A stretch of DNA of 32,812 nt from Nitrososphaeraceae archaeon (GTDB taxonomy: Archaea > Thermoproteota > Nitrososphaeria > Nitrososphaerales > Nitrososphaeraceae). Below the pieces are notes generated by a model. The model was not told where the DNA came from, did no database searches, and saw nothing but the letters and a program-made list of their open reading frames with translations. How positions within the stretch are numbered: the first letter of the stretch is position 1; each line of letters starts with the position of its first letter. This document shows positions 19,011 to 30,750 of the stretch, piece by piece. The position numbers and the translations under genes are program-made. The stretch spans positions 1-32,812 of the forward strand of contig DATGZA010000047.1 in NCBI GenBank assembly GCA_035297365.1. The letters are read 5' to 3'.

Positions 19011-19238
19011 TAATTATTTATTTTAATATATTGCCAGAATGTAGTATAACATTATTCTATTTCAAGAATGAATTGATAATAAAAGACAAATATTTTGTTT
19101 ATAATATAAATTTGATGTATTAGTTACACAACCTCTGTATTTTAAGTATATAAAAAAAACGGGTTAAAATCATTAAAGTAACTAGTCTTGCAATTGATAA
19201 TAATTAATTAACCAGATATAATTTTAATACATATATAA

Positions 19239-21200
19239 ATGTCCGGAAAACATTCTATGGAAAAATCTTCTGATACATTCTATATAAATACCAATTTAAA
19301 AATTACATTAAAAAATGGAAAATTTCAAGAAAAAAGAAACAAATCATTAGAAGATATAGAAAAATTTTGGGGAGAAGAAGCTAAAAAGTTACTATGGTTT
19401 AAGTATTGGGATAAGATACTTAGATGGAATCCTCCATTTGCAAAATGGTTTGATGGCGGATCGTTGAATGCTTCCGTCAATTGTTTAGATAAACATGTAG
19501 AATCTGATAATAAAAATAAAGTTGCATTAATTTGGGAAGGAGAAAACGGGGAAAGTAAAATACTAACATATTATCAATTATATTGTTATGTTAACCAGTT
19601 CTCAAATGCATTAAAGAGTCTGAATGTTACAAAGGGAGATCGCGTAACTATTTATCTTCCAATGATTCCAGAAATTCTAATAGCCATCTTAGCATGTTCA
19701 AGAATTGGTGCTATACATAATGTGGTTTTTTCTGGTTTTAGTGAGCAAGCCTTAGCTGACAGAATTAATGATGCAGAATCAAAAATAATTATTACTGCAG
19801 ATGGTGGATTTAGAAGAGGAAAGCTACTAGAATTAAAAAATATAGTTGATCAAACGATTCCTAATACTCCATCTGTAAAAAATGTAGTTGTATTTAAAAG
19901 AGCTTCGAATACTGTCAATATGACAGACAAAGATGTATGGTGGCATGATATTATTAAAAATCAATCATCTTATTGTCAGCCAGAACAAGTAGAAAGTACA
20001 CATCCCCTCTTTATTCTTTACACCTCTGGAACTACTGCAAAACCTAAAGGGGTTGTACATGGAACTGCTGGGTACTTGACACATACTTATTCAACAGCAA
20101 AATGGGTCTTCAACTTTAATAAACAAGACATCTTCTTCTGTACAGCTGATATCGGATGGATTACCGGACATAGTTACATAGTTTACGCTCCTTTAATGCA
20201 TGGGGTGACAGAATTAATTTATGAAGGAACACCTGACTATCCTCATTCCGACAGGTACTGGGCACTTGTGGAGAAGTATGGTGTAACTATTTTGTATACA
20301 ACACCGACAGCTCTTAGAACGTACATGCGATATGGAAATGACATTCCTAACTCATTTAATTTGTCCTCCTTAAGATTACTAGGAACAGTAGGCGAACCAA
20401 TAAATCCACAAGTGTGGATGTGGTATTTCACGAACATTGGAAAAGAAAGATGTCCTATTGTTGATACCTGGTGGCAAACAGAAACTGGGGGAATAATGAT
20501 TAGTCATTGTACCGAAATAGAAACCATGCCCATGAAGCCAGGTTCTGCTATGTTTCCCATCCCTGGAATCGATATAGATGTTGTGGATGAAGAAAATAAT
20601 CATTTGTCAGAAAATCAAAAAGGATATCTTGTAGTTAAAAAACCCTGGCCTGGAATGTTTATGACGTTGTGGAAAGATGATGATAAATATAAAAAGAATT
20701 ATTGGAAAAAATTTCAAAAAAATCTTTACTATTTTACAGGAGATTATGCAATAATCGATAATGAATCCTATTTTTGGCTTTTAGGAAGGACAGATGATGT
20801 AATAAAAGTATCTGGTCATAGATTGAGTACCATTGAACTAGAAAGTACTTTTATATCTCATAAATCTGTAAGTGAAGCTGCTGTAACAAGTAAATCTGAT
20901 AATACAAAAGGACAATCCATAGTAGCATTTGTAGTTCTAAAAACAGGTTTTGTTGGATCAAAGGAACTACATCAAGAATTAGAAAAACATCTAAGGAAAA
21001 GTATTGGACCAATTGCTACTCCTGAACAAATATACTTTGTGAATAAGCTTCCAAAAACAAGAAGTGGAAAGATTATGAGAAGGTTACTAAAATCCATAGT
21101 AAGTGATTTGAAAATAAGTGATACAACAACACTAGAAGATGGAACATCTATTGAAGAAATACAAAAGATGCATAATGAATTAAATAAAATTGTTCGATAG
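19239..21200 (+). CDS. acs: Acetyl-CoA synthetase (AMP-forming)
   Basis: [45 protein letters not shown]. Confidence 0.94.
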   Translation: MSGKHSMEKSSDTFYINTNLKITLKNGKFQEKRNKSLEDIEKFWGEEAKKLLWFKYWDKILRWNPPFAKWFDGGSLNASVNCLDKHVESDNKNKVALIWEGENGESKILTYYQLYCYVNQFSNALKSLNVTKGDRVTIYLPMIPEILIAILACSRIGAIHNVVFSGFSEQALADRINDAESKIIITADGGFRRGKLLELKNIVDQTIPNTPSVKNVVVFKRASNTVNMTDKDVWWHDIIKNQSSYCQPEQVESTHPLFILYTSGTTAKPKGVVHGTAGYLTHTYSTAKWVFNFNKQDIFFCTADIGWITGHSYIVYAPLMHGVTELIYEGTPDYPHSDRYWALVEKYGVTILYTTPTALRTYMRYGNDIPNSFNLSSLRLLGTVGEPINPQVWMWYFTNIGKERCPIVDTWWQTETGGIMISHCTEIETMPMKPGSAMFPIPGIDIDVVDEENNHLSENQKGYLVVKKPWPGMFMTLWKDDDKYKKNYWKKFQKNLYYFTGDYAIIDNESYFWLLGRTDDVIKVSGHRLSTIELESTFISHKSVSEAAVTSKSDNTKGQSIVAFVVLKTGFVGSKELHQELEKHLRKSIGPIATPEQIYFVNKLPKTRSGKIMRRLLKSIVSDLKISDTTTLEDGTSIEEIQKMHNELNKIVR

Positions 21201-21317
21201 TTTATTAAATTGACGTTAGTTTAAAAATATACAGTTAAAAAAAAATAAAACTGCTAATGTGATAGATATAAAGACAGAAAGAAAAATTCAAATCAAAGAG
21301 ATTTTTTATATGATTTA

Positions 21318-21809
21318 TTGGTTCGAAAGGCAGCTGTATTAATACCGGCTGCTGTTGTATCTTTTTTTATTGGAATAATTGGAATTATTTTCATACCAGA
21401 TGAAATTAGAGATAAATCAGTAGATTTTGACAAGGGAACAATCAAAATAGATAATTCAATAATAAATGTGGAAATAGCTGAATCTGATGCTGAAAGACAA
21501 AGATGGTTAATGTTTAGAGAAGATAAATTTCCATCTAATGCTGGAATAATTCTTGTATATCCACTATTAGACTTACATTCATTATGGTTGTTGAATATAC
21601 AATATAATTTAGATATTATGTGGTTTGATGACCAGGGAAATCTTGTATATATGATAAAAGATGCAAAACCTTGTCCAAATATTCTAGATCCTCAAAAATG
21701 TACTTTTAAAACCACTATTCCATCTAAATATATATTCGTATCATCATCAGGATTTATCAATAAAAATAATATTACAAATACATCCAAAATGACTACAATT
21801 TCTATTTGA
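21318..21809 (+). CDS. DUF192-family membrane-anchored protein
   Basis: N-terminal TM, VEIAE...R..LMFRE, LDIMWFD..G, PC motif. Confidence 0.85.
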   Translation: MVRKAAVLIPAAVVSFFIGIIGIIFIPDEIRDKSVDFDKGTIKIDNSIINVEIAESDAERQRWLMFREDKFPSNAGIILVYPLLDLHSLWLLNIQYNLDIMWFDDQGNLVYMIKDAKPCPNILDPQKCTFKTTIPSKYIFVSSSGFINKNNITNTSKMTTISI

Positions 21810-21953
21810 ATCCTACATCTCAATTTTTTTGGTTATCAAATGGTTATGGAGATTAATCTCTCTTCTAATGACAAAAGTTGATATTATATCGCTGTTATAC
21901 GTACAACATAGGGTTTAAATAGTTTCAGCAAGAACCGAACAGCAGTGAATTAA

Positions 21954-22247
21954 ATGCCAGTAGCAATACTTCCAGATATTAGTGAACAACATTGTATTGG
22001 ATGTGCACTTTGTGTAGAAATTTGTACTGCTCTTGGTCCAGATGTTCTTAGAGTAAAACCAGTAGAAGGCTGGAAGAGAGGTAAAGCCTTTGTATTTTAT
22101 CCAGAAAGATGCATCTCTGATGGTGCATGTATAGGCGTTTGTCCAACAAAGGCAATATTCTGGATGAGACCAATGGATTACACACCAGGACAACCAATTC
22201 CATTAAAGAAGCACGGATTATTCAAAACAGGTTGGGAAGAAGGTTAA
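21954..22247 (+). CDS. Dicluster 4Fe-4S ferredoxin
   Basis: CIGCALCVEIC and CISDGACIGVCP cluster motifs. Confidence 0.93.
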   Translation: MPVAILPDISEQHCIGCALCVEICTALGPDVLRVKPVEGWKRGKAFVFYPERCISDGACIGVCPTKAIFWMRPMDYTPGQPIPLKKHGLFKTGWEEG

Positions 22248-22360
22248 AAATCACCACTAATTTTATTTTATTTTTTTGTAGTTATTTCTAAAAATTATCA
22301 AGTTAATTTTCAGTTAAGAATTGGTTTAATTTATTATACTCAAATTATATTTCTTAATAG

Positions 22361-23995
22361 TTGGATAATTTGGTTGATTCATTTTCAGAAGATGAAAAAA
22401 GAGTTCTTTTATCACATTTTTCCAATATAGACAAAACTATTTTTGTGATAACAACACCCAGACAAGTAGACCGTGGCGCATTAATGTCCAGATATTCAAG
22501 ATCTGATAAAACAATGCGTAGAATCTTTCTAGATGAATTTGTAAAAAATCCATATCGTGGAGAAGAGTTTTACAAGAAAGTGCTATTAGAATATGGTGAT
22601 GACTCTGTTGCAGAATTAGGAGAAATGCAATTAGCTATTGAATCAATATCTAATATAGCCGCTAAAAATATCGAAGATCATAGAATAGGGTTGTCATATC
22701 TAGAAAAATCATCACGTTATGTTTCTTTTAACAAGAAAATTAATGGCAAGTATAAGTATCTAAGAGAAAACAAAATCATGGATTCTTCTTATGCTGATAT
22801 GTATATTGAAGCTTGTGATTTTGCATTTGACACATATTCAGAAAATATTGAACCAATGCAAAAATTTTTATCAGAAATTGAACCGATAGAAAATTTTCAT
22901 TTCTTTGATTCATATTCTAATCATGAAACATTTTTCAATAATTTGAAGGATCCTGAGGATATTAAATCTGCACAACGTATATACAATAGTACAATAAAAG
23001 CCAAATCACTAGATATTTTACGTGGAATTTTACCTGCTTCTACATTAACCAATCTGGGAATCACTGGAAACGGAAGAGCATTTGAATATTTACTTACAAA
23101 AATGTATTCTTCATCTTTACATGAAATGAATAATTTGGCCGATCAACTTTACGAAGAACTTGATTTAACAATATCATCATTTATCCATAGAGTAAAAAGC
23201 AATCACGGGATATCAATGCAAAATTATCTTAAAGAAACAAAGAATATGATTATTGAACTAGCATTTACACATCTGTCTAAGATTATTCCAGATAATAATC
23301 CTGATTATATTACTCTATTATATTATGAAAATAATTTCGATGCAGAAATTAAAGTAGCATCTGCCATTTTATATCAACAAGCTTTAGGTCATTCTCTAGC
23401 AACAATTATCAATTATGTAAAGTCATTACCTAAAGAAGAAAGACACAAAATAATTAATACCTATACAAGTCTACGAACAAATAGAAGACAACGTCCAGGT
23501 AGAGCCTTCGAAATGATAGAGTATACATTTGAAATGTTTACTAATTTTGGCATGTTTCGTGATCTTCACAGACATCGAATACTAACCCTAGAAAGACAAT
23601 TGCTCTCAACCAGACACGGATATGATATTCCTAATGAAATTATTGAATTGGGGATAACCAAAAATTTCAAGGATTCTATGTATAAATGTGACGAAGTCTT
23701 CAAAATCATTGCTAAAGATAATCCAGAAGAAGCACAATATGTTGTAAATTTTGCCTATAAATATCCATATTTTATCAAACTAAATCTAAGGGAAGCAACA
23801 CATATGATTGAATTAAGGACACTACCACAAGGACATCCTGATTATCGTTACATTTGTCAGGAAATGTACAAGAAAATAAGAAATGTACATCCACTATTGT
23901 GCCAAGGAATAAAATTTGTCGATCTCAATACTTACAAATTAGAAAGATTGTCTAGCGAAAAAAAAATAGAAAAGAAAAAAAGGGATATAAACTAA
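22361..23995 (+). CDS. thyX: Flavin-dependent thymidylate synthase, long tandem-domain form
   Basis: Two ThyX-like halves ([16 protein letters not shown] and RDLHRHR), LRGILP, NLRE..H.IELR. 544 aa. Confidence 0.9.
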   Translation: MDNLVDSFSEDEKRVLLSHFSNIDKTIFVITTPRQVDRGALMSRYSRSDKTMRRIFLDEFVKNPYRGEEFYKKVLLEYGDDSVAELGEMQLAIESISNIAAKNIEDHRIGLSYLEKSSRYVSFNKKINGKYKYLRENKIMDSSYADMYIEACDFAFDTYSENIEPMQKFLSEIEPIENFHFFDSYSNHETFFNNLKDPEDIKSAQRIYNSTIKAKSLDILRGILPASTLTNLGITGNGRAFEYLLTKMYSSSLHEMNNLADQLYEELDLTISSFIHRVKSNHGISMQNYLKETKNMIIELAFTHLSKIIPDNNPDYITLLYYENNFDAEIKVASAILYQQALGHSLATIINYVKSLPKEERHKIINTYTSLRTNRRQRPGRAFEMIEYTFEMFTNFGMFRDLHRHRILTLERQLLSTRHGYDIPNEIIELGITKNFKDSMYKCDEVFKIIAKDNPEEAQYVVNFAYKYPYFIKLNLREATHMIELRTLPQGHPDYRYICQEMYKKIRNVHPLLCQGIKFVDLNTYKLERLSSEKKIEKKKRDIN

Positions 23996-24079
23996 AGATA
24001 AATTGTAAATTCTTTTACCATTTTTATTTTTATATTATTGATACAAAAAATGTATATGTCTTAAAAAAATGGTTAATAC

Positions 24080-25105
24080 TCAAACAAACCATTTTTCTAA
24101 AGATTGAGTACGTCTTTCTCGAATTTTTTTTAATCTATCTAAAGCCATCTCAACTCTTTCTTTTGAAAAATCCATTTTTTCACACAAAAAACTCGTAATT
24201 TGATTAGAATCAGGCTCCTTAAATTCTATGTTTTCAATTGATATGTCGTCAGGATGGAGAAAAATTTCTCTTATTTCTTGATAAGGAACATTTTCCAAAC
24301 TTTCTTTTATCTTGTTAATTTTTTCCAATCTGCCATTTTCCTTAATTAATTTTAATGCAGTTTTTGGACCAATACCTGGAAAACCACCAGGATTAAAATC
24401 CGTACCTATTAAAATTCCTACATCCACCAATTGTTCTAATGTCAATTTCGTTGATTCCAAAATTAATGATTGATAAATAATCTCTGGTTCTATACTTACA
24501 TATTTATTTTTATTGGGAATCTTTCTTCTACCACTTATTGTTAAATTACGGATCAATTTTTTAGCACCAAAAAGCAAGGAATCATAGTCTTGACTTCCAC
24601 AAGCGAAAACAACCCCATTTCTTGTTAAATATGATGCTGCTGCCTCTCCTTCTGATGTTGCTTGAAGAATAGGAATTCCTAAAAGTTCTAAAATTTTTTT
24701 CGATTGTTCTATTATTTTACCAGTTAAAATTACTGTACCCTGACTATATTTCCGTGCGTCTTCCAGTCTGCCTTCGGCTAATGCCACTTGATATTTTTCA
24801 ACCGCTTCTTGTTTCAATTTCTTTCGCTTTTCAATTTCTTTAGATTTTAGCTGATGAGGTTTACCATCAAATATGTATATCAATTTTATATTTTCTGATA
24901 AAAAATTGATATTTCTATAGAATAATCCACTTAGATGACTTGTTATATCTCCATTATTGTTCGTAAGAGATTCACCCGTTAGACCACGAATGGTGGCAAG
25001 AAATTGATATATTGTATTGTATGCATCAACAGCTATTATTTTATCTGACAGGTCAGAAAGTTTTATCGGAGAAGAAGTTATGATAGGTTTAAGATCTATT
25101 CCCAT
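24080..25105 (-). CDS. fen: Flap endonuclease 1
   Basis: DAYNTIYQFLATIR, SHLSGLFYR, SEGEA, SQDYDSLLFG, GTDFN..G..GIGPKTA, C-terminal PIP box QSLEKWF. Confidence 0.97.
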   Translation of the reverse strand: MGIDLKPIITSSPIKLSDLSDKIIAVDAYNTIYQFLATIRGLTGESLTNNNGDITSHLSGLFYRNINFLSENIKLIYIFDGKPHQLKSKEIEKRKKLKQEAVEKYQVALAEGRLEDARKYSQGTVILTGKIIEQSKKILELLGIPILQATSEGEAAASYLTRNGVVFACGSQDYDSLLFGAKKLIRNLTISGRRKIPNKNKYVSIEPEIIYQSLILESTKLTLEQLVDVGILIGTDFNPGGFPGIGPKTALKLIKENGRLEKINKIKESLENVPYQEIREIFLHPDDISIENIEFKEPDSNQITSFLCEKMDFSKERVEMALDRLKKIRERRTQSLEKWFV

Positions 25106-25969
25106 TGTTCATTCAATAATAATATTTCATCTCTTTTATTTTTTAATTTGATGATGATAGATATTAGCTATTGAAAGTAATGTAGTATAAATACTCTTTT
25201 TTAAAATAATTGGAATGAAACTCATTTCAACAATAGAAATAAACTTTCCTGTTGTTATAACTAATGGCATAAAAATAGAAGAATTACATCAATTAAGAAA
25301 AGACTAAAAAAACGAAATACATGTTCGAATTATTTACCTGAAGAAAATAGAGATAAAATCGAATTAAAAGTTTTTTAAAAAATTTAGGATTATATTCAGG
25401 ATTATCTTGGCTCTCCGCGTTTTTTAAATATCTATCAATTATTTACAATCATCACATTCAAATAAAGAAATTCAAGAAATGATAAATAGTGAGACAGAAA
25501 AAGGAGATTGGAATATAAAGAATTTTTGAAACTTTTGTAAAAGACGTTTATATCTAACGAGGGATCCCTTCTTCTTCATAAGAATTAAAAGCTTTATTTT
25601 ATGAAATAGCTTTGATGGAAATAATTACATTATTTTCGTAAGGTTAGTGATTATTTAATTACATCTAGATAGATTATAAAATAATATTGTAGATTACTAC
25701 TCTAACTATCGTTTTTTCCTTTATTGTTCAGAAACTAATAGAAATGTCTCTTTATCACTCACATCTACTATTCCCAGTTGTCTATAATTTTTGATTAATG
25801 ACGAAAAATAAATCCTTGTTAAAAAGTTTAAAAAAATTTTAGTTCTATGATTATTATTCATAAAATTTATCAATATATAAAAATAATGTTTTTATTTAGG
25901 AAACTTAACCTTTTCAAAATATTAAATTAATTGTAAATCTTTTAACAAAACGATTGTATTGTTCATATC

Positions 25970-26434
25970 TCAAACATGCCAAATAAATTCATGTTCCTTT
26001 TTCTCTTCCTCATTAGCAAATTTTTTATTACAATAGGTACATTTATGGAAAGATATCAATTTGATATGATACAAATGTTTATCGTCTCTAAAATTTTGTT
26101 GATACAATTTTTCCTTATAATTTTCAATCAATTCTCTTAGTGTATAATCCCAACCATGTCTTAGATCCTCAATATCATCAGATTCCGCAACTGGATATAT
26201 GTACTTCTCATTAGGATTGGTTGATGTAATAAATTCTTGTTTGTCGGAATTGATATCTCCATCTAGTAACAATCGAAGAGCATATTCATTCCCATCATCA
26301 TTAGTCCATAACTGAATTTTTTGATGAATAATATTATCCGTATTTGCAAGTTTTTCAATATCATAATCTTCAATCTTACCAGTCTCCATCATTTCATCTT
26401 TCTCATCATTATCATCTTTAATTGACAAGTACAT
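25970..26434 (-). CDS. Acidic hypothetical protein with a C-terminal C2H2-type zinc finger
   Basis: CTYCNKKF...EHEFIWH (C-x2-C-x12-H-x4-H). Confidence 0.7.
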   Translation of the reverse strand: MYLSIKDDNDEKDEMMETGKIEDYDIEKLANTDNIIHQKIQLWTNDDGNEYALRLLLDGDINSDKQEFITSTNPNEKYIYPVAESDDIEDLRHGWDYTLRELIENYKEKLYQQNFRDDKHLYHIKLISFHKCTYCNKKFANEEEKKEHEFIWHV

Positions 26435-26734
26435 TTTAACAATACTATCAAGATTTTAAATATTTCATATTCACAAAATCATTTTAAAATAATTTTTAAT
26501 GAAAATTACCTCCAAATTTCAAGTCGTATATAGATAGGACTACATAGAGGTCTTGTTCATTATTTATATACTATTATTACTCATGAAATAAATATTTGGA
26601 GAATCTGACGTTCTACTCTTTTTATAAATGTCATAAAAGTTTCTACCAATATTTGTAAATATTTATGTTCTAAATCCAATTATAAAAAAATATTTATAAT
26701 AAATAATACTATTCTAATTACTTTTTAGTAGAAT

Positions 26735-27286
26735 TCAATTTGGAAGATACCTTGCTGCAACATAAATTGGTACATATATAGAGAGTTTATCTTTTTCTGG
26801 ATCATAAATTACATATGTAGAACTCATATCTACATTATCAAAAGCTAGATTGATCATGGTATTATTCACTCTTACATTACTAGCATTCATAATCGGAAAG
26901 TCAAATCTAGTTTTGTTTTTACCTTCGATATTAATTTGTTTAGGATCTGTTACTACTTTGATATTAGTAGCAAAGATGTCGAATCCTAATAAGTTATATT
27001 TCATAATAGGTATAATATATTCTAACGGTTCTTTTTTGTCTAAAATAAACGTTTTAATAGTTTCATTGGGAAACACCTGGTTAGAATCAATTTCTATATT
27101 ATACTCTAATGATTTTGTTAAATTAAATACATTTTTTTTGAAAGTATTGAATAAGTCTCTAAAAGTATTTAATGGATTATTATCATTACTATTTGCTAGA
27201 CTATATACAAAAAATGGAACAATTGCAGTCATTATTAATAATAACATTATCAATAAATAAATTACAATAATAGATTTATTAGACAT
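26735..27286 (-). CDS. Hypothetical secreted or membrane-anchored protein
   Basis: 183 aa, hydrophobic N-terminal helix followed by a beta-rich domain. Confidence 0.7.
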   Translation of the reverse strand: MSNKSIIVIYLLIMLLLIMTAIVPFFVYSLANSNDNNPLNTFRDLFNTFKKNVFNLTKSLEYNIEIDSNQVFPNETIKTFILDKKEPLEYIIPIMKYNLLGFDIFATNIKVVTDPKQINIEGKNKTRFDFPIMNASNVRVNNTMINLAFDNVDMSSTYVIYDPEKDKLSIYVPIYVAARYLPN

Positions 27287-27453
27287 ATTTAATGGTAAAT
27301 AATTTTTTAATATAATACCTTATTTAAATTAGAAAACCAAATCAAGTTCAAATAAATATTTATCAATATATTTCATTCACAGATATTATAACTCATGTGT
27401 CAAAAATGGTTCTACTTTCTAATAATTTCAAATTTTATATAAATCAATTATTA

Positions 27454-27657
27454 CTAGCCTTGATCCAATTTTAATTTTGATTTGTATTTCTTATTTCTTG
27501 GTCTTGTTCTCAATCTATAACCACAACATGGACACCAGAAACCTTCCCATTTGATAAAGAGCTGACATACTTGACAACGTTTTTGTCCTGCTAGATAACG
27601 ACCAATATTACCAGGTTTTAATGCCTTATGACGTAAGCATATTCCTTTACATACCAT
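27454..27657 (-). CDS. Small basic Cys-rich zinc-binding protein (thaumarchaeal family)
   Basis: CKGIC, KRCQVC, WCPCCGYRLRTRPR. Confidence 0.85.
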   Translation of the reverse strand: MVCKGICLRHKALKPGNIGRYLAGQKRCQVCQLFIKWEGFWCPCCGYRLRTRPRNKKYKSKLKLDQG

Positions 27658-27744
27658 TAGTACTCACTTTCCTTATCGTTATAAAAAGAACCAATTTTAC
27701 TTGGATCAAAGAAAAATGTTTAGAAAAAATTGTATAAATTTTGA

Positions 27745-28023
27745 TTAGATAAAATATGATTCAATCTCTCCTAATCTATCTAAGGATCCCTCACATTCAC
27801 GAAGATCTGAAAATTCTGTCGAAGTTCTCACCTTTTGCAAAAACAAAATAACCTCTTCGTTGTTTACTCCATGTTTGATGTCATATTTTATTTTCCTTTG
27901 TACTTTATTTATTCCACCATAACGTTTATGAATTCTTCGTTCAAACCTACTGGCATCAGGTGAAAGACCTTTAACATGTTTTATTATCGTTTTTTCCATG
28001 TTTTTTACATGCCATTCTCTCAT
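27745..28023 (-). CDS. Basic hypothetical protein (likely start ATG28023, MREWHVKNMEK; ORF track extends to 28065)
   Basis: Intact ORF on the same strand as its neighbours. Confidence 0.7.
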   Translation of the reverse strand: MREWHVKNMEKTIIKHVKGLSPDASRFERRIHKRYGGINKVQRKIKYDIKHGVNNEEVILFLQKVRTSTEFSDLRECEGSLDRLGEIESYFI

Positions 28024-28172
28024 AGGAAAAATATTTTGAGTCAAAAAAATCAATATATTATACAAAACAGTGGAATATAATGCAACCTATTAATCAAACC
28101 TTATTTTTATACTCTAGTCTATAACTATTTACATATCTTGACTATCAAAATAGAATTTATAGGATAATATGA

Positions 28173-28560
28173 CTAAGATCCTATTTTACTACCATCCCAC
28201 ATAGAAAAATACGATGGAGTAATTTCAAAAACTATTGAATGCCCTTTCCTTGGACTATCAATCAACATTTTAGCTATTTGATCTTATAATTATCTAGATG
28301 TTTTATAGCATTTTTCTCACACTTAGAAACTACAAAATTCACATTCTCATGTATCTTGATTTTTGTTTTTCCTCACACTTACTCCTATATATAACGCATT
28401 ACTTTCAACTACACAAAAATATATTTTATTATTTTAAACTATTTTTCCTAGGATATTTGAAGTTTTAACATAGAATTTTAGTTGAGATGAATGAAAGTAA
28501 TACCAAACAGGATAAATATTTGGTTCATTCTTTTTATCTAACAATATAATTAAAAGCTCA
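28173..28560 (-). pseudogene. Pyridoxamine 5'-phosphate oxidase-like (split-barrel FMN/F420-binding) pseudogene
   Basis: Fragments in changing frames: LDKKNEPNIYPVWYYF..KFYVKTS..*NNKIYFCV...YIGV / KIHENVNF..CEK / IAKMLIDSPRKGHSIVFEITPSYFSMWDGSK. At least two frameshifts and a stop. Confidence 0.65.
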
Positions 28561-28630
28561 ATATTTACAGTAAAAGAAGTTCACAAAGTTTACAAAATCA
28601 AAAGTATAAAATTCCTTCGTAGCATTCTAA

Positions 28631-28885
28631 GCTCTATTTATTATTCTCCAAATCCTGTTATAATCTGGAATTGATGGCAATGTGTTAGAAGCATATTCTC
28701 ATACTACACCTTCTGTCTGTTTATCTGTATTGTAAATGAAAATATGCTCTCACGTACCCCAATAACTTAAATAAACGAATCAATACACAAACTTGCTTCC
28801 CTTTTTTTATTCATTTTTTCTAATTTAATATCAGGTAATAGCTCGCCTCTTTTTACTTAAGATTGATTGAAATTCTCTAGTTCAT
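28631..28885 (-). mobile_element. Degraded IS5-family (IS903-like) transposase N-terminal remnant
   Basis: Fragments FNQS*VKRGELL..LEKMNK / GSKFVY / DSFI / KLLGYVRAYFHLQYR / QTEGVV*EYASNTLPSIPDYNRIWRIINR match the recalled NWxxYNxSLVxRG...LPYRQTEG...PDYS signature. No DDE domain or terminal inverted repeats seen. Confidence 0.7.
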
Positions 28886-29019
28886 ATAATGGTATTAGAA
28901 TAGGTAAGTACAATTTTATCACAAATCCAATACAAAAAAGTAATAGATTAAAAATAATCTTCTTTTAGTATTAATTATATCTTATATATCCACTCTGTTA
29001 ATTTGAAATGTTTTAACAA

Positions 29020-30210
29020 ATGAGACGATATCAGGGTTTAAAAAATGTATTGTACATGGGTTTAGTTAGTTTCTTTACAGATATTTCTACTGAAATGGTT
29101 ACCTCCGTTTTACCTTTGTATATTATTAAAGATTTAGATTTATCAAGAACCATTTTAGGCGCTATCGAAGGATCTGGAGAATTTGTAAATTATATATTTA
29201 GAATACCTTCGGGATATATTTCTGACAAAATTGGAAAAAGAAAAATTCTCATTATAATTGGCTATGGAATATCAGCTATCAGTAAACCCTTTTTTATATT
29301 TGTTACCTCTTTTCTAGATACTATTATCGTCAGAATTTCTGATAGAATAGGAAAAGGTATTAGAACCGCACCCCGCGATGCATTAATTGCTGATTCTATA
29401 GATCAATCCATCTCCGGAAAAGCATTTGGTATCCATAGAACATTAGATCAAATAGGTGCTATAATAGGTCCGTTGTTTGCATTTTTAATATTAGAATTGT
29501 TTCAAAATATTCAGTACATCTTTTTACTTTCAATAATACCTGGAATAATATCACTTTTTATATTGATATATTTTGTAAAAGATAAACTTTATACAAATAG
29601 TAAAAAAGGACTTACTAATGTTACCTTTTTTTCAAATTTACAAATTTTATTCATAGAAAATAAAACATTTGTTTATATAATTGTAATATTGGGAATTTTT
29701 AGTCTAGGCGCATTCAACTATTCCTTTGTACTTTTAAAATCCTCTGATTTAGGAGTTGAACAGAGTTTCATACCTATCATATACATAATAATTAATGTCA
29801 CCCATACTATAATTGGTATTCCTTCCGGAATATTATCAGATCAGATAGGAAAAGAAAGAGTATTAATAATTGGATTTCTGTTGTTTATAATTTCTACAAT
29901 TTTTATGTATTTTTCAGATAAAAATAATATCATTTACATCATTTCAATTCCTTTAATATATGGTCTATATGTTGGTATATCTGAGACTATTCAGAGAGCG
30001 TTAATTTCTAAATATGTGTCACAACAAAATAGAGGAACTGCATTTGGATTCTATGGTCTGATAGTAGGGGTGTGTCTCTTAATAGGAAATATCACTTTTG
30101 GTTTCTTGTGGGATAATTATGATATTAACATAGCATTGCTTTATAGTATAAGTCTGTCAACTTTAGCAATTATTTTTATGTTGGGTTTTATAAAAATTAA
30201 GAAATATTAA
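29020..30210 (+). CDS. Major facilitator superfamily transporter
   Basis: About 12 hydrophobic helices, motif A GYISDKIGKRK, DRIGKGIRTAPRDALIA, second-half GILSDQIGK. Confidence 0.93.
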   Translation: MRRYQGLKNVLYMGLVSFFTDISTEMVTSVLPLYIIKDLDLSRTILGAIEGSGEFVNYIFRIPSGYISDKIGKRKILIIIGYGISAISKPFFIFVTSFLDTIIVRISDRIGKGIRTAPRDALIADSIDQSISGKAFGIHRTLDQIGAIIGPLFAFLILELFQNIQYIFLLSIIPGIISLFILIYFVKDKLYTNSKKGLTNVTFFSNLQILFIENKTFVYIIVILGIFSLGAFNYSFVLLKSSDLGVEQSFIPIIYIIINVTHTIIGIPSGILSDQIGKERVLIIGFLLFIISTIFMYFSDKNNIIYIISIPLIYGLYVGISETIQRALISKYVSQQNRGTAFGFYGLIVGVCLLIGNITFGFLWDNYDINIALLYSISLSTLAIIFMLGFIKIKKY

Positions 30211-30750
30211 CTTAAATTATTTTTCTATTGACATATTAATGATAATAAATCATATAACATGAGTTGGATGTAAAGTAAAATCTAAATGTGATAACAGAAA
30301 TAACTTTATTTTTAGCTACAGATTTTCTAATGATTTTGACAATACTATCTTATAAAAAGAGTAGAAACTTTGAAAAAATATTAATATTATTTGAAGAAAG
30401 TTACAATCATCGTTCAAACATTAATGTTAGATAGATGCTAAAGTAAGAAGTAAAGGAGAATTTTTAACAGTATAAATAATTATTTCATAGCTCCTGAATA
30501 AATACAAGAATTTGCAAAATCTAGTGACAAATTTGATTTTCTCAGTTTAAAAGAATTTTATTCTCTATATTTGTATATTTACATTCGCAAAGACAGCATC
30601 TTTAAAATTGACTCATAGAAGTTGATTTTTATTTACAAAATTTATAGGTTATATAGAGTAATTTAAGAATTGTACCTATTATCAAGATATTTCATAATTT
30701 TAAAAAATAACAATATCTTAAAAATATAGATTAACTATATATATTTAGAG

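Noticed and set aside
4906-22193. Short ORFs 4906..5118, 6803..7018, 12183..12440, 15475..15675, 16108..16317, 18256..18441, 20243..20437, 20379..20603 and 21915..22193
   Set aside because: Antisense or out-of-frame overlaps of well-supported genes, or AT-rich noise without motifs.
25106-25969. Possible decayed gene on the + strand
   Set aside because: Short coding-like fragments exist but no family could be recognised.
26850-27260. 136-aa + strand ORF
   Set aside because: Antisense shadow of 26735..27286.
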